A DNA stretch of 64,000 bases from an uncultured Candidatus Saccharibacteria bacterium. Lineage in GTDB: Bacteria; Patescibacteriota; UBA1384; CAYGGE01. The notes beneath the pieces were generated by a model that made no database searches, had not been told where the DNA came from, and saw only the letters and a program-made list of their open reading frames with translations. Positions 36,579 through 50,078 of this stretch are shown here, one piece after another; the first letter of the stretch is position 1; each line of letters starts with the position of its first letter. A program made the position numbers and the translations under genes. Location of the stretch: contig CAYGGE010000003.1 of assembly GCA_964349485.1 (NCBI GenBank), positions 5,899 to 69,898 of the forward strand. Direction: 5' to 3'.

Positions 36579-37571
36579 ATGAAAAAAAATATGGCACTGC
36601 TTCAAAGATTAGGCCAGCTACTCGGCCAGTTATTTAGTAAGACAATTTCGGTTGTCATCGTGCTAACGAAAAACTTTTCTCGTTTCCTCAATGGTACGGT
36701 CAACTTGCGGGTCATGGCCCACCCAGCAGTTCGTTGGAGCTTGGTAACGATCGCCGCCCTCTACCTGATTATTGGTGGTTTAGTTGGTTACAAGGTATAT
36801 ATTGTCAAATCTGAGTCGACGAACATCAGACGGATCCTCAATGTCTATCCGTTACCGGCCGTACTGATGTCGCAAGATGTCATCCTAGTAAAAGATTATC
36901 TGAATCAGTTAAAATATATTCGCCATTTTGCGGATAAGACTAAACAAGTATTGCCGGCCGACGCCGAATTGCGGACTCAGCTACTTAACCAGCTGACGGA
37001 AACTCGACTGTTGCTTCGTACGGTTTCAGGGCAAAACATACGTATCGTGAAGGCTGACATCGATGCGGCCTATAAGAAGATCGCCGATGAAAACGGCGGT
37101 CCGGAGGAATTACAAAAATTGCTAACCGATCTATACGGCATGAGTGAACGTGAATTTCGAATGTTAATACGTGACCAATTGTTAAGAGAAAAGGTCCGTC
37201 AGCGGTTACTAGTCCAAGTACGTGCCCAACATATCCTAATCCGGGAAGAGAAAAAAGCTCGAGAAATCCTCGAACAAGTGAAGAAAGAATCATCGAAATT
37301 TGATGAATTGGCTAAACAACATAGCGAAGATACCGTAACCAGAGATAAGAATGGTGATCTTGGTTTCTTTGGTCGAGGGGTAATGTCGAAATCGGTCGAG
37401 GAAGCCGCCTTTTCTATGAGTAAAGGGGAAATATCTACAGATATTCTGAAGTCTGAGTTCGGGTTTCACATCTTAAGAGTGACTGATCGTCGGGGCTCTA
37501 TCGATAAAACTTACCAACAGTTTATCGAGACACTCCAAACAAAGCGAAAGGCTTGGGTAATTCTAAAATAG
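36579..37571 (+). CDS. membrane-anchored parvulin-type peptidyl-prolyl isomerase (PrsA/SurA-like)
   Basis: VRAQHILI...GDLGFFGRGVM...GFHILRV PpiC rotamase motifs; N-terminal TM helix. Confidence 0.8.
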   Translation: MKKNMALLQRLGQLLGQLFSKTISVVIVLTKNFSRFLNGTVNLRVMAHPAVRWSLVTIAALYLIIGGLVGYKVYIVKSESTNIRRILNVYPLPAVLMSQDVILVKDYLNQLKYIRHFADKTKQVLPADAELRTQLLNQLTETRLLLRTVSGQNIRIVKADIDAAYKKIADENGGPEELQKLLTDLYGMSEREFRMLIRDQLLREKVRQRLLVQVRAQHILIREEKKAREILEQVKKESSKFDELAKQHSEDTVTRDKNGDLGFFGRGVMSKSVEEAAFSMSKGEISTDILKSEFGFHILRVTDRRGSIDKTYQQFIETLQTKRKAWVILK

Positions 37572-37591
37572 GATCGTGCACAGCTAGACTA

Positions 37592-37620
37592 TTGACAAGC
37601 CACACGACGTTCGGTAATAT
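37592..37620 (+). promoter_or_regulatory. near-consensus sigma70 promoter TTGACA-17-TAATAT, ~270 nt upstream of rpoB
   Basis: exact TTGACA, 17-nt spacer, TAATAT read from sequence. Confidence 0.5.
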
Positions 37621-37892
37621 AGTCGTGTAAACAGGTTAAATTACTACGAGCCGAGGATAGGCCATTGCCATACGCGCTTAAGCGATAATTTATTCTACGT
37701 AGCTGCCTACCGACAGTGTGGGTAATTTTGTGTATTATTATTTTTTTTAGCGATTAAATTTGTATACAACTGATTAATACCGCCCCGACATTCAAAGAGA
37801 TTTCAGGGAAAACGACGCGAAAACTGATTGTGTAGCGAGTCGTCACCCGACCTCATCTCTGGCATCTGTCGATACGACGGAAAGGAGCCCGC

Positions 37893-40800
37893 GTGAAGCG
37901 AAAGTACTTCCACGAACCAAAGTCCCACATCGAGCTACCTGATTTAATCGAAATCCAACGGAATTCTTATAATTGGCTGATGAACGAAGGTATCAGAGAG
38001 ATTCTCGACGAGATCTCCCCGATCTTTGATTTTACAGAGAAATCACTGAAACTTGAGTTTACCGATTTTTCTTTTGAGCAGCCAAAATTGACAGAAGATC
38101 TCGCGAAAGCCAAAAACCTAACCTTTAAAGCTCCACTGCGTTGCCGTGTGGTACTTTCGAACCTCATAACTAAGAAGCAAAAAGAGAGCGATGTCTTCCT
38201 TGGCGAATTTCCACTCATGACCAATCGGGGCACTTTCATCGTTAACGGTGTAGAGCGGGTCGTGGTCAACCAGATTGTTCGCTCTTACGGTGTACTATTT
38301 GTGAGCGAAACGAATGCAGGTCGTCAGTTGTTTGGAGCTAAAGTCATCCCGAGCCGTGGCGCATGGCTTGAATTTGAGACCTCTAACCGAGATGTAATTT
38401 CGGTCAAAGTCGATCGCAAACGAAAAATCCCAGTTACAACTTTCCTCCGCGCGATGGGCTTTAAAGATGACGATTGGCACCAAGTATTTGGTGAGGTCAA
38501 CGATAACCCAGATCATGACTATATCAAGGCGACGCTTGATCGTGATCCGGCTTCTAGCTACGAAGATAGCTTAGTCGAGGTTTACAAGCGAATTCGCCCC
38601 GGTGATTTAGCGACAGCCGATACCGCTAAGACCTTCCTCGAAGCGATGTTTACCAATTTCAAACGTTACGATCTAGGTCGGGTTGGCCGATACAAGATGA
38701 ATCAACGATTGGGTACGAAGGTTAAAGACAACCGACAGTCTCGCATCTTGCGACTCGAAGATCTTGTCGCCGTTGTTCAAGAGATAATCCGACTAAACAA
38801 TGACGCAACCGCCCATCCTGATGATATTGATCACCTGAAGAATCGTCGTGTCCGAGCCGTTGGAGAATCTGTTCAGAACCGCCTTCGGGTTGGTTTCTTA
38901 CGCATGGAACGGATTATCAAAGATCGTATGTCAGTTCTCGAAACTGAAACAGTAACTCCGGCTCAACTCATCAATAGTCGACCGGTTGTAGCTGTCTTGC
39001 AGGAATTCTTCGCCTCAAGCCAACTTTCTCAGTTTATGGATCAAACTAACCCACTTTCTGAACTGGAACACAAACGACGTATCGCGGCTACCGGTCCCGG
39101 TGGTTTATCACGCGAGCGAGCTGGCTTTGAAGTTCGTGATGTTCATAACTCCCACTATGGTCGAATCTGTCCTATTGCGACCCCGGAAGGTCCGAACATC
39201 GGCCTTGTGGGTCAGATTGCTAGTTACGCACGAGTGAATGAATATGGTTTTCTTGAGACACCTTACCAAATTGTTGAGTCTGTCAAAGGATCACCTCGAG
39301 TTACCGATAAGATTGTTTACCTCGACGCCGCGGCAGAAGAGAAGACGATTATCGCCCCTGCTTCCGCCGCGATAGACGATAAGGGCAATTTTATTAACAA
39401 GCGTGAGATCGTTCGTTTCCACGGTGAACCGTTACTCCAGGATGTCGCCGATGTTCAATATGTTGATGTCTCACCTAAGCAGATCGTCTCAATTACCACT
39501 GCGCTGATTCCGTTCGTTGAGCACGACGAAGCCGCTAGATCAATGATGGGCTCAAACATGCAACGCCAAGCAGTGCCTCTCGTCAAACCACAGTCGCCAG
39601 TCGTGGGCACCGGGATTGAAGCTGAAGCGGCTCGTTATTCAGGACAGATTATTTTGGCTGAAGAAGACGGTGAAGTTACAACCGTCGATGCGCGAGAGAT
39701 TGCGGTTACTGGTAAGAGTGGTGATAAAAAGTATCGATTACAGAAGTTTGTCCGCTCAAATCAAGGCACCTCAATCAATCAGCGTCCTTCGGTCAAAGTT
39801 GGTGATAAAGTTAAAAAGGGTACAGTCATTGCTGATTCATCCGCTACAGAGGAAGGCGAACTAGCCCTTGGCCAGAACGTCTTGGTAGCTTATATGTCAT
39901 TTCATGGCGCAAACTACGAAGATGCCATCATTCTCTCAGAACGATTGGTCAAGAATGACCTTTACACCTCGATTCATATCGAAAAATACTCGATCGAAGT
40001 CCGTGATACTCAACTCGGTCCTGAAGTCATCACTCGTGATATCCCAAATGTCGGTGAAGAGGCTTTGGCCCAGCTTGATGAAGAGGGTATCGTCCGAATC
40101 GGCGCCCAAGTGTCTGCCGGCGATATCTTAGTTGGTAAGATCACACCAAAAGGTGAGACTGAACTGTCAGCTGAAGAGAAATTGCTACGCGCCATCTTCG
40201 GGGAGAAGGCCAAAGACGTCAAAGATACGTCACTACGCCTTCCTCACGGTGAACGCGGTAAGATTATCGAAGTCAAAATCTTCTCTAAAGATGCCGGTGA
40301 CGAATTAGCGACTGGTGTATACCAGATGGTTGAAATTTCAATTGCTCAACTACGTAAGATTTCAGTCGGCGATAAACTTGCTGGACGTCATGGTAACAAG
40401 GGTGTTATCTCGAAGATTCTTCCTGAAGAAGAGATGCCTTTCACTCCAGATGGTCAGCCAGTAGATGTGATCTTGAACCCATTGGGTGTTATCTCTCGTA
40501 TGAACCTCGGTCAAGTCCTTGAGACTCACTTAGGTTGGGCAGCTAGTGAATTGGGCTATAAAGTCGCCACACCGGTATTTGATGGCATATCCTACGACGA
40601 GATTCAGACCGAGTTGAAGAAGGCTGGTCTGCCTGTTGACGGTAAGATTCAGCTCTACGATGGCCGAAGTGGCGAACCGTTTGATCAGAAGACGGTCATT
40701 GGGATCAACTACATTATGAAACTAATCCACTTAGTCGATGACAAGATGCACGCTCGCTCAACTGGTCCATACTCCATGGTTACTCAACAACCGCTCGGTG

Positions 40801-41234
40801 GGAAGGCCCAATTTGGTGGTCAGCGATTTGGGGAGATGGAAGTTTGGGCACTTGAAGCATATGGGGTTGCCCATACTTTGCAAGAGATGTTGACGATTAA
40901 GTCAGACGATGTGATTGGTCGCTCTAAGGCTTACGAAGCGATTATCAAGGGTGAGCCAATTCAGAAACCGTCAATTCCGGCAAGTTTTTACGTTTTGATG
41001 CGTGAACTGCAAAGCCTTGGGCTCAATGTTGAGTTGCTTTCTGGAACCGGTGAGAAAGTAATAGTTGCCGAAGTCGATGGACCAAAAGTCCGAGTCGAAC
41101 GGCCTGCCGATGAACATTTGGGCGAAGACGAAATCGCGCCCGAAGAAATGGTCGATTCCGAAGTAACCGAGCTCTTTGCTGGCCAGGAGAAGAATCCGCC
41201 GATCGCCAGTGAAGACGAAGTCATGCCCGAATAA
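37893..41234 (+). CDS. rpoB: DNA-directed RNA polymerase subunit beta
   Basis: full-length collinear RpoB ([22 protein letters not shown] etc.). Confidence 0.97.
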   Translation: MKRKYFHEPKSHIELPDLIEIQRNSYNWLMNEGIREILDEISPIFDFTEKSLKLEFTDFSFEQPKLTEDLAKAKNLTFKAPLRCRVVLSNLITKKQKESDVFLGEFPLMTNRGTFIVNGVERVVVNQIVRSYGVLFVSETNAGRQLFGAKVIPSRGAWLEFETSNRDVISVKVDRKRKIPVTTFLRAMGFKDDDWHQVFGEVNDNPDHDYIKATLDRDPASSYEDSLVEVYKRIRPGDLATADTAKTFLEAMFTNFKRYDLGRVGRYKMNQRLGTKVKDNRQSRILRLEDLVAVVQEIIRLNNDATAHPDDIDHLKNRRVRAVGESVQNRLRVGFLRMERIIKDRMSVLETETVTPAQLINSRPVVAVLQEFFASSQLSQFMDQTNPLSELEHKRRIAATGPGGLSRERAGFEVRDVHNSHYGRICPIATPEGPNIGLVGQIASYARVNEYGFLETPYQIVESVKGSPRVTDKIVYLDAAAEEKTIIAPASAAIDDKGNFINKREIVRFHGEPLLQDVADVQYVDVSPKQIVSITTALIPFVEHDEAARSMMGSNMQRQAVPLVKPQSPVVGTGIEAEAARYSGQIILAEEDGEVTTVDAREIAVTGKSGDKKYRLQKFVRSNQGTSINQRPSVKVGDKVKKGTVIADSSATEEGELALGQNVLVAYMSFHGANYEDAIILSERLVKNDLYTSIHIEKYSIEVRDTQLGPEVITRDIPNVGEEALAQLDEEGIVRIGAQVSAGDILVGKITPKGETELSAEEKLLRAIFGEKAKDVKDTSLRLPHGERGKIIEVKIFSKDAGDELATGVYQMVEISIAQLRKISVGDKLAGRHGNKGVISKILPEEEMPFTPDGQPVDVILNPLGVISRMNLGQVLETHLGWAASELGYKVATPVFDGISYDEIQTELKKAGLPVDGKIQLYDGRSGEPFDQKTVIGINYIMKLIHLVDDKMHARSTGPYSMVTQQPLGGKAQFGGQRFGEMEVWALEAYGVAHTLQEMLTIKSDDVIGRSKAYEAIIKGEPIQKPSIPASFYVLMRELQSLGLNVELLSGTGEKVIVAEVDGPKVRVERPADEHLGEDEIAPEEMVDSEVTELFAGQEKNPPIASEDEVMPE

Positions 41235-41250
41235 GTCTGGAGGAACCCCC

Positions 41251-44200
41251 ATGAGCGCACAGCAAATTCAAAGCCTGAAAGAACTACCTAAGACAACTGA
41301 ATTCGATAACGTTCGAATCTCTGTTGCTTCTCCTGACCACATCTTAGAGTGGTCTTATGGAGAAGTCACAAAACCAGAGACGATTAACTATCGAACTCAA
41401 AAACCCGAGCGAGACGGCCTGTTTGACGAACGAATTTTTGGTCCAACCAAGGACTGGGAATGTTATTGTGGAAAGTACAAGAAGATTCGTTACAAAGGGG
41501 TGATCTGTGATAAGTGTGGCGTTGAAGTCACTCGTTCGTCGGTCCGTCGTGAACGAATGGGTCATATTGATCTTGCCGTTCCAGTTAGTCATATCTGGTA
41601 TCTTAGAGGCGTGCCATCGACACTCAGCCTGATCCTCGACATGTCGGTTTCTGACCTAGAAAAAGTTGCATATTTTGCTGGACTCGTAATTCTTGAAGTA
41701 AACGAAGACGTCCGCAAAGATTCGCTCCTACGACTCGAGCAAGAGTACAAAGAAGCTCAAGGGACGATTAGCGAGATGCAAAAAGTTCAACTCGATGCTC
41801 TCTATAAAGAGACTAAGCAAGAGATTGAACACCTTACTTTAAAGCGTGTTATCTCTGAATCAAAATATCATGACCTTTCCTTGAAATATGGCCATATTAT
41901 TCGAGTCGGTATCGGAGCCGAGGCGATTTATGAACTGCTTCGTAAATTATTGCTCGATAACATGATCACCGAACTTGCTGAGAAAGTTGTCACGATCGAT
42001 GGAGCTAATCGACGCAAACAGATGAAACGCTTGCGAGTCTTGTCGGACATGCAAAAAGCGGGGATTGAGCCATCTTGGTTGCTCATGACTAGACTACCGG
42101 TCATCCCACCAGATCTACGTCCAATGGTTCAGCTCGATGGTGGCCGATTTGCCGCATCTGACCTGAATGATCTTTATCGACGAGTCTTAAACCGAAACAA
42201 CCGTCTTCGACGGCTTATCGCTCAAGGGGCACCGGAAGTAATCCAGCGTAACGAAAAGCGGATGCTTCAGGAAGCAGTCGATGCGTTAATCGATAACTCA
42301 GCTCGTCGTGGTCGTGGGGCTACGGCGACAGCCACTGCACGAAAGTTACGTTCTCTTTCAGACATGCTTCGCGGTAAGCAAGGACGTTTCCGACAGAACC
42401 TACTCGGCAAACGAGTCGACTATTCCGGTCGCTCGGTTATTGTGATCGGTCCTGAATTGAAACTCCACCAATGTGGGCTACCAAAAGTTATGGCCCTTGA
42501 GTTATTTAAGCCATTTGTCATTTCTCGGCTTATCTCAGACGGCCATGTTCACAACGTAAAAAACGCTACTCGTCTTATCGAGCGTGGGGCTTCGGAGGTT
42601 TGGGACATACTCGAACAGGTGACAAGCCACTACTATGTCATGTTAAACCGTGCCCCAACTCTACATCGACTAGGTATCCAAGCTTTTCAACCAGTATTGA
42701 TTGAAGGTAAGGCCATTCAAGTCCACCCCCTAGTTTGCCAAGCTTTTAACGCTGACTTCGATGGAGACCAGATGGCTGTTCACGTTCCGCTGTCCCAAGA
42801 AGCCAGATGGGAAGTTTCTGAGATTATGCGTAGTTCGCACAACCTGTTGAAACCAGCCTCCGGAGAACCTATTGTGGCTCCTCGTTTGGACATGGTTTGG
42901 GGTTGCTACTATATTACCAACCTCGGCGATGGCTTAATTGGCGAAGGCAAGATTTTCTCAGGCAAAAATGAAGCCATCCTTGCATATCAACAGGGCCTGG
43001 TTCATGCTCGGGCAAAAATTCAGGTACGCATGACTGATGCTGAAGGAAAATCAAGTCGAATTGAGACCAGTGTCGGTCGGATTCTATTTAACAATATTCT
43101 GCCTAAAGGTATGACTTACCGCAACGAAGTCATGGATTCAAAAAATCTAAAACGATTAACTCGTGAGATTTACAAACATATGGGCAATGAAGAGACTGCC
43201 GGTTTTGTCGATCGAGTGAAAGAGCTTGGTTTTGAATATGCAACAACCTCTGGCATGACAATCTCGATGGACGATATCCTCATTCCGCCGGAGAAAAAGC
43301 AGATCGTTATCGACTCGAGCAAGGTTATCGAAGATCTCGATAAACAATATCACCGTGGTCTGATTACCGACGGTGAACGTTCAATCAAGACTATCGAGCT
43401 TTGGAACGGTGCCAAAAGTAAGATTGAAAAAGCAATGATGGAACATTACGATAAGAGCAGTCCGGTATATACTATGGTATCTTCGGGTTCCCGAGGTTCG
43501 GTTGCCCAGTTGGTTCAGATGGCTGGTATGAAAGGTCTGGTGGTTAACCCATCAGGTCAGATTATTGAACTGCCAGTCAAAGCCAACTACAAAGAAGGTC
43601 TCTCCGTATTTGAATATTTCATCGCTTCGCACGGTGCACGCAAGGGTCGTTCTGACGGTGCTTTACGTACCTCTGACGCTGGTTACCTAACTCGACGCCT
43701 TGTCGATGTTGCCCAGGATGTGGTCATTAACAACCTTGACTGTAAGACCAAGGAAGGCTGGCTACTTACCCAAGCAGAGAGCGAAGAGATGGGCATGAGT
43801 CTTGAGGAAAGATTGATCGGCCGGGTAGCTTTTGCAGAGATCGTTGATCCAAAGACAAAAAAAGTTTTGGTTAAGAAGAACAGTGAGATAAAAGAAGAGG
43901 ATGCGGCTATTGTCGCTAATGCTGGAATCGAGGAAGTTGTAGTTCGATCAGTTTTGCACTGTATCAATGAACACGGTATCTGCCAACTCTGTTATGGTCG
44001 GGACTTGGCCACAGGTTTACTGATTAAACTTGGAGAAGCGGTAGGGATTATGGCGGCTCAGGCGATCGGTGAGCCTGGAACTCAGCTAACCATGAAAACT
44101 TTCCACTTAGGTGGTGTGACCGGTGCCGATATCACTACTGGTCTACCTCGAGTCGAAGAATTATTTGAGGCTCGTATCCCTAGCAATCCAGCCATTTTGG

Positions 44201-45018
44201 CAGAAATTGCAGGTACTATCTCAATTAAAGAGGATAAAGACAAGCGTGTTTTGCGGATCACTTCAGCAGATATCAAGAGTGAATCTTACAATATTCCTGA
44301 CGGCTATGTCACTACATTAAAGAGTGGTGACGATGTGAAAGCCAAGCAAGCGATTGCGACGGCTCCTGACCAAAAAGCCATCAGAGCTACTTTTGAGGGT
44401 AAGGTTCGTTTGAGCAAAGGTGTAGTTACTATAACCAGTACTGACGCCGAAACAAAAGAATATACTATCCCGTCTGTTGTTAACCTAAGAGTCAAAGACG
44501 GCGATGCAATCGTAATCGGTCAAGAACTGTCTGAAGGTCATCGTGACCTCGCCCAGTCGGTTAAATTACGAGGGATAATCGAGAGTCAGAAGTACATCAT
44601 TAAAGATGTACAAGAGATTTACTCTACTCAAGGTCAGGCTATCAATGACAAGCACTTGGAGATTATTATTAGACAGATGTTCTCTAAGGTCAAAATCCTT
44701 GATGAGGCTGATTCTGAGTTCCTGGTCGGCCAGTTGGTGGAAAGCCGAGAAGTTGAAGATGCTAATCGCTTGATTGCTAAACAGAAGCACCATCCAGCCA
44801 TCTACGAACCAGTAGTCATGGGTATTACTCGAGTATCCTTAAAGACGGAAAGTTTTCTTTCCGCCGCTAGCTTCCAGGAAACCACCAGCGTCTTAATCGA
44901 TGCCGCGATTAAAGGTACTGTTGATCACTTGCGTGGACTTAAAGAAAATGTGATTATCGGTAAGCTTATTCCTGCCGGTACCGGGTTAACCAACATCACT
45001 CATCCTGACCAACCATAG
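41251..45018 (+). CDS. rpoC: DNA-directed RNA polymerase subunit beta'
   Basis: zinc-binding CYCGKYK...CDKCG, NADFDGDQMAVH catalytic motif; RBS ggagg before ATG 41251. Confidence 0.97.
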   Translation: MSAQQIQSLKELPKTTEFDNVRISVASPDHILEWSYGEVTKPETINYRTQKPERDGLFDERIFGPTKDWECYCGKYKKIRYKGVICDKCGVEVTRSSVRRERMGHIDLAVPVSHIWYLRGVPSTLSLILDMSVSDLEKVAYFAGLVILEVNEDVRKDSLLRLEQEYKEAQGTISEMQKVQLDALYKETKQEIEHLTLKRVISESKYHDLSLKYGHIIRVGIGAEAIYELLRKLLLDNMITELAEKVVTIDGANRRKQMKRLRVLSDMQKAGIEPSWLLMTRLPVIPPDLRPMVQLDGGRFAASDLNDLYRRVLNRNNRLRRLIAQGAPEVIQRNEKRMLQEAVDALIDNSARRGRGATATATARKLRSLSDMLRGKQGRFRQNLLGKRVDYSGRSVIVIGPELKLHQCGLPKVMALELFKPFVISRLISDGHVHNVKNATRLIERGASEVWDILEQVTSHYYVMLNRAPTLHRLGIQAFQPVLIEGKAIQVHPLVCQAFNADFDGDQMAVHVPLSQEARWEVSEIMRSSHNLLKPASGEPIVAPRLDMVWGCYYITNLGDGLIGEGKIFSGKNEAILAYQQGLVHARAKIQVRMTDAEGKSSRIETSVGRILFNNILPKGMTYRNEVMDSKNLKRLTREIYKHMGNEETAGFVDRVKELGFEYATTSGMTISMDDILIPPEKKQIVIDSSKVIEDLDKQYHRGLITDGERSIKTIELWNGAKSKIEKAMMEHYDKSSPVYTMVSSGSRGSVAQLVQMAGMKGLVVNPSGQIIELPVKANYKEGLSVFEYFIASHGARKGRSDGALRTSDAGYLTRRLVDVAQDVVINNLDCKTKEGWLLTQAESEEMGMSLEERLIGRVAFAEIVDPKTKKVLVKKNSEIKEEDAAIVANAGIEEVVVRSVLHCINEHGICQLCYGRDLATGLLIKLGEAVGIMAAQAIGEPGTQLTMKTFHLGGVTGADITTGLPRVEELFEARIPSNPAILAEIAGTISIKEDKDKRVLRITSADIKSESYNIPDGYVTTLKSGDDVKAKQAIATAPDQKAIRATFEGKVRLSKGVVTITSTDAETKEYTIPSVVNLRVKDGDAIVIGQELSEGHRDLAQSVKLRGIIESQKYIIKDVQEIYSTQGQAINDKHLEIIIRQMFSKVKILDEADSEFLVGQLVESREVEDANRLIAKQKHHPAIYEPVVMGITRVSLKTESFLSAASFQETTSVLIDAAIKGTVDHLRGLKENVIIGKLIPAGTGLTNITHPDQP

Positions 45019-45026
45019 CCAAGGGC

Positions 45027-45055
45027 TTGAAAAACAGTTCATTGTACGGTATAGT
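45027..45055 (+). promoter_or_regulatory. candidate sigma70 promoter TTGAAA-17-TATAGT for rpsL-rpsG-fusA-tuf-rpsJ
   Basis: hexamers and spacing read from sequence, 28 nt upstream of rpsL ATG. Confidence 0.5.
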
Positions 45056-45082
45056 CTACCGGTAGCAAATTAAGGAACAATT

Positions 45083-45496
45083 ATGCCAACTATTTCCCAA
45101 CTTGTCCGTAAAGGCCGTGAGGTCCTCACGAACAAATCAAAGTCACCTGCCTTGCAGAAGGGCTTTAATATTCTAAAAAACCGTCCAGTTGACTTTGAAA
45201 AGGGTCGACCCTTTATGCGTGGAGTCTGTGTTCAGGTTCGTACCATGACACCTAAGAAACCTAATTCAGCGTTACGAAAGATTGCTAGGGTTCGTCTGAC
45301 CTCTGGTCAGGAAGTAACCGCTTACATTCCGGGCGAAGGTCATAACTTGCAAGAACACTCAGTGGTCGTGATCCGAGGTGGTAAAGTCAAAGACTTGCCA
45401 GGTGTACGTTACCACATTGTTCGCGGTAAGCTCGACACTGCCGGCGTTACCGACCGCAAACAGGGCCGCTCCAAATACGGCGCCAAAAAAGCGTAA
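45083..45496 (+). CDS. rpsL: 30S ribosomal protein S12
   Basis: [12 protein letters not shown]...PNSALRK...[10 protein letters not shown]. Confidence 0.97.
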   Translation: MPTISQLVRKGREVLTNKSKSPALQKGFNILKNRPVDFEKGRPFMRGVCVQVRTMTPKKPNSALRKIARVRLTSGQEVTAYIPGEGHNLQEHSVVVIRGGKVKDLPGVRYHIVRGKLDTAGVTDRKQGRSKYGAKKA

Positions 45497-45597
45497 ATAG
45501 TTCTCTAGTTGTCTGGTTTTCTGGTTGTCACGTTACGACCAAGCCATCGATCAACTAGATAACTAGATAACCATATAACTAAACAACAGGAGAATAC

Positions 45598-46071
45598 ATG
45601 CGAGGAAGAGCGAAGATGCGTCGACGCGAAGTACTTCCAGATCCCAAAACGGGATCAGTACTCGTTGCGAAATTCATCAATAAAGTCATGTTAGATGGTA
45701 AAAAGACAACGGCCCAGGGTATCGTCTACAAATCGTTAGATAGATTAGCTGAGAATACCGGGATGGATGCGGTAGATGCTTTTGAGACCGCCATTCGTAA
45801 CGCTTCACCAGTGCTTGAAGTGAAGTCTCGCCGAATCGGTGGCGACAACTATCAGGTACCCATGGAAGTCCGCCCAACCCGAAAGACAGCCCTGTCATTT
45901 CGTTGGATTATCGATGCCGCGCGCACTCGTAAAGGCAAGCCGATGGATGAATGTTTAACTCAAGAACTGACTGACGCATTCAACAACACGGGCTCAGCAA
46001 TTAAGAAAAAAGAAGAAGTTCACCGTATGGCCGAAGCCAACCGAGCCTTCGCCCACTTCGCTCGGTTCTAA
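45598..46071 (+). CDS. rpsG: 30S ribosomal protein S7
   Basis: [10 protein letters not shown]...QVPMEVRP S7 signature. Confidence 0.95.
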   Translation: MRGRAKMRRREVLPDPKTGSVLVAKFINKVMLDGKKTTAQGIVYKSLDRLAENTGMDAVDAFETAIRNASPVLEVKSRRIGGDNYQVPMEVRPTRKTALSFRWIIDAARTRKGKPMDECLTQELTDAFNNTGSAIKKKEEVHRMAEANRAFAHFARF

Positions 46072-46123
46072 ATACGAGTTATGAATCACGAGATTAGAAT
46101 AGTAGAATAAGGAGCTCTGGCTT

Positions 46124-48286
46124 ATGGTCCGCGAATATCCCCTTGAGAATACTCGAAACATTGGAATTATTGCCCATATCGATGCCGGTAAGACAACAAC
46201 TACCGAGCGTATTTTGTTTTACACTGGTAAAACATACAAGATTGGTGAAGTACATGAAGGGGCTGCTACCATGGACTGGATGGAGCAGGAACGGGAACGG
46301 GGGATTACGATCACCGCAGCTGCCACAACGGCTTTCTGGCCACCCAAAGAGCGTTCTGTAGCTCCAGGTGAACGAACCTCGATGTTAGCTGACGATATCC
46401 CACAGCATCGCATCAATATTATCGACACCCCAGGCCACATCGACTTTACAGTAGAGGTTCAACGGTCGTTACGTGTCTTGGATGGGGCAGTTGTGGTATT
46501 CGATGGCGTAGCTGGAGTTGAGCCTCAGTCGGAAACGGTTTGGCGCCAAGCAGACAAATATGGCGTACCTCGAATGTGCTTTATTAATAAGCTCGATCGA
46601 ACCGGTGCTGATTTCTTCAAGGCCTATGATTCAATTTTGGATCGTCTTGGCTCCCACGCTATTCCAGTGCAAATCCCTATGGGTCATGAAGCCGATATGT
46701 TGGGGGTTATCGATCTCTTAACTCGTATGGCCTTCACTTGGACTGACAAGCTCGGTGCTCATATCGAAATCGGTGAGATTCCTGAGAAATTTGCCTCTCA
46801 AGCGGAAGAGTGGCGCGCGAAGTTGATCGAAAAAATCGTTGAAACAGACGAAGCTCTCCTTGAGCAATTTTTTGCCGGCGATGAACCGTCAGTCGATGTG
46901 CTCAAGAAAGCCATGCGCAAAGCGGTCCTTGAACTAAAAGTCGTCCCGGTATTTGCTGGATCAGCTCTAAAGAACAAGGGTGTTCAACCGCTACTTGATG
47001 GGGTTATCGACTACCTACCTAGTCCTTTAGATATTCCACCAGTCAAGGGTATTCATCCTAAAACCGAGGAAGTCGTCTATCGTGAAGCATCGGATAGCGA
47101 GCCATTTACTGCCCTAGCTTTCAAGGTTGCCAATGATCCGTTTGTTGGTTCGTTAACCTTCTTCCGAGTCTATTCCGGGAAAGTTACCGCTGGATCCTAT
47201 GTTAGGAACTTCACCAAAGGCGAACGCGAACGCCTAGGTCGAATTGTTCGACTCCATGCAAACAGCCGTGAAGATGTCACCGACGTTTTTGCCGGTGAGA
47301 TTGCCGCGGCGGTGGGACTTAAAAATACGGGTACAGGCGATACTTTGGCCGATGAAAATCACCCAATTTTGCTTGAAACAATTTATGCTCCTGACCCAGT
47401 TATCGATATGGCGATTGAGCCAAAGACCAAAGTTGACCAAGAGAAAATGGGCATTGCCCTCTCTCGTTTGGCCGCTGAAGACCCGACACTTCGAGTTGCT
47501 ACCGATCCTGAAACCAGCCAGACCATCATTAAGGGTATGGGTGAACTTCATCTTGAGATCGTAGTCGATCGCATGAAACGTGAATTCAACGTTGAAGCCA
47601 ATGTCGGCCGACCACAGGTCGCATATCGTGAGACCATTAAAAGCTCTGCTTCCGATATTGAAGGTAAGTATATTCGACAAACCGGTGGCCGAGGTCAATA
47701 CGGTCATGTGGTCATCGACGTTGAACCACAACCTGAAGCTGGTATGGGTTTTGAGTTCGTCAACAAAATTGTGGGTGGGGCCATTCCTAAGGAGTTTATT
47801 AAGCCAGTTGAACAAGGCATTAAAGAGGCTCTCGATAAAGGTGTTGTTGCTGGTTACCCAATGGTTGATGTCAAAGTCACACTTCATGACGGTTCCTACC
47901 ACGACGTTGACTCATCTGAGATGTCCTTCCACATTGCTGGCTCAATGGCTCTCCAGTCCGCCGCCAAACGAGCTGAACCAATCCTCATGGAACCAGTAAT
48001 GAAGGTTGAAGTTGTGACACCTGAAGAATATTTTGGTGACGTTATGGGTGACTTAAACTCGAAGCGTGGACAGATTCAAGGCACATCAGATCGCGGTAAC
48101 GCCAAAGTCGTCGATGCCTTCGTCCCACTATCTGAGATGTTCGGCTATGCCACAACAGTCCGTTCCATGACCCAAGGTCGAGCCGCTTACACCATGGAAT
48201 TTGACCACTACGCCGAAGTGCCAAGTCATGTTGCAGCAACGATTATCGCGACGCGTGGCAAAACACCAGTCGCTAGCGCTGAATAG
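46124..48286 (+). CDS. fusA: elongation factor G (720 aa, small G-domain insertion)
   Basis: [22 protein letters not shown]; ~20-aa insert ([22 protein letters not shown]) before the DTPGH block. Confidence 0.95.
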   Translation: MVREYPLENTRNIGIIAHIDAGKTTTTERILFYTGKTYKIGEVHEGAATMDWMEQERERGITITAAATTAFWPPKERSVAPGERTSMLADDIPQHRINIIDTPGHIDFTVEVQRSLRVLDGAVVVFDGVAGVEPQSETVWRQADKYGVPRMCFINKLDRTGADFFKAYDSILDRLGSHAIPVQIPMGHEADMLGVIDLLTRMAFTWTDKLGAHIEIGEIPEKFASQAEEWRAKLIEKIVETDEALLEQFFAGDEPSVDVLKKAMRKAVLELKVVPVFAGSALKNKGVQPLLDGVIDYLPSPLDIPPVKGIHPKTEEVVYREASDSEPFTALAFKVANDPFVGSLTFFRVYSGKVTAGSYVRNFTKGERERLGRIVRLHANSREDVTDVFAGEIAAAVGLKNTGTGDTLADENHPILLETIYAPDPVIDMAIEPKTKVDQEKMGIALSRLAAEDPTLRVATDPETSQTIIKGMGELHLEIVVDRMKREFNVEANVGRPQVAYRETIKSSASDIEGKYIRQTGGRGQYGHVVIDVEPQPEAGMGFEFVNKIVGGAIPKEFIKPVEQGIKEALDKGVVAGYPMVDVKVTLHDGSYHDVDSSEMSFHIAGSMALQSAAKRAEPILMEPVMKVEVVTPEEYFGDVMGDLNSKRGQIQGTSDRGNAKVVDAFVPLSEMFGYATTVRSMTQGRAAYTMEFDHYAEVPSHVAATIIATRGKTPVASAE

Positions 48287-48299
48287 TCGAGTATTCCGC

Positions 48300-48328
48300 T
48301 TGACAGCCTCGGTGCGATATGGTTAAAT
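48300..48328 (+). promoter_or_regulatory. candidate internal promoter TTGACA-17-(TGg)TTAAAT in the fusA-tuf spacer
   Basis: exact -35, 17-nt spacer, extended -10-like TGgTTAAAT; 5-bp GC hairpin (ctccc-ttta-gggag) at 48457-48470. Confidence 0.4.
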
Positions 48329-48497
48329 ACTTATAGAGCAATCAACCAATATCTCACGGACTCGATGGCCCTCACATCACGGTTAGGGATCGGGCAGGTT
48401 ATTGGATGTAAATCATATAAATCATATATATAACTAATAAATAGCAATGTCCTCGCCTCCCTTTAGGGAGTGTGAAGGATGAAGAAAGGGTAGGGTC

Positions 48498-49679
<1,182 letters not shown>

Positions 49680-49703
49680 CGCTGTCGCAGGAGTTTGTAC
49701 CTT

Positions 49704-50027
49704 ATGTCTAAACGTGACGAACAAGGCCAGAAAATCCGCATCCGTCTGCGTGCGTACGACTATCGAATCATCGATAAGAGTGCCCGTAAGATCATTGAAA
49801 CGGCCGAGCGAACCGGCGCCGTAGTTCACGGTCCGATTCCTCTACCAACGGAAAAGAAGAAGATTACGGTACTGAAAAGTACGTTCGTCCACAAAGACGC
49901 TCGTGATCAGTATGAGATGCGAACTCATAAACGGCTCATCGATGTCCTTGACCCAAATTCAAAGACCATCGACGCCCTGATGAGTCTAGATCTGCCGGCT
50001 GGTGTCGATATCGAAATAAAGACCTAA
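49704..50027 (+). CDS. rpsJ: 30S ribosomal protein S10
   Basis: [41 protein letters not shown]. Confidence 0.95.
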   Translation: MSKRDEQGQKIRIRLRAYDYRIIDKSARKIIETAERTGAVVHGPIPLPTEKKKITVLKSTFVHKDARDQYEMRTHKRLIDVLDPNSKTIDALMSLDLPAGVDIEIKT

Positions 50028-50039
50028 TAAATCGCGTGT

Positions 50040-50070
50040 CAAAAAAAGCCCCATAAAGGGGCTTTTTTTG
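50040..50070. terminator. bidirectional rho-independent terminator A7-AGCCCC-ataaa-GGGGCT-T7 between rpsJ and convergent obg
   Basis: 6-bp GC stem flanked by A7 and T7 runs. Confidence 0.85.
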
Positions 50071-50078
50071 TTCGGTTA

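Noticed and set aside
47234-47902. 222-aa antisense ORF inside fusA
   Set aside because: It lies entirely within, and opposite to, a full-length EF-G with unambiguous motifs. It is a reverse-strand open frame of no functional significance.
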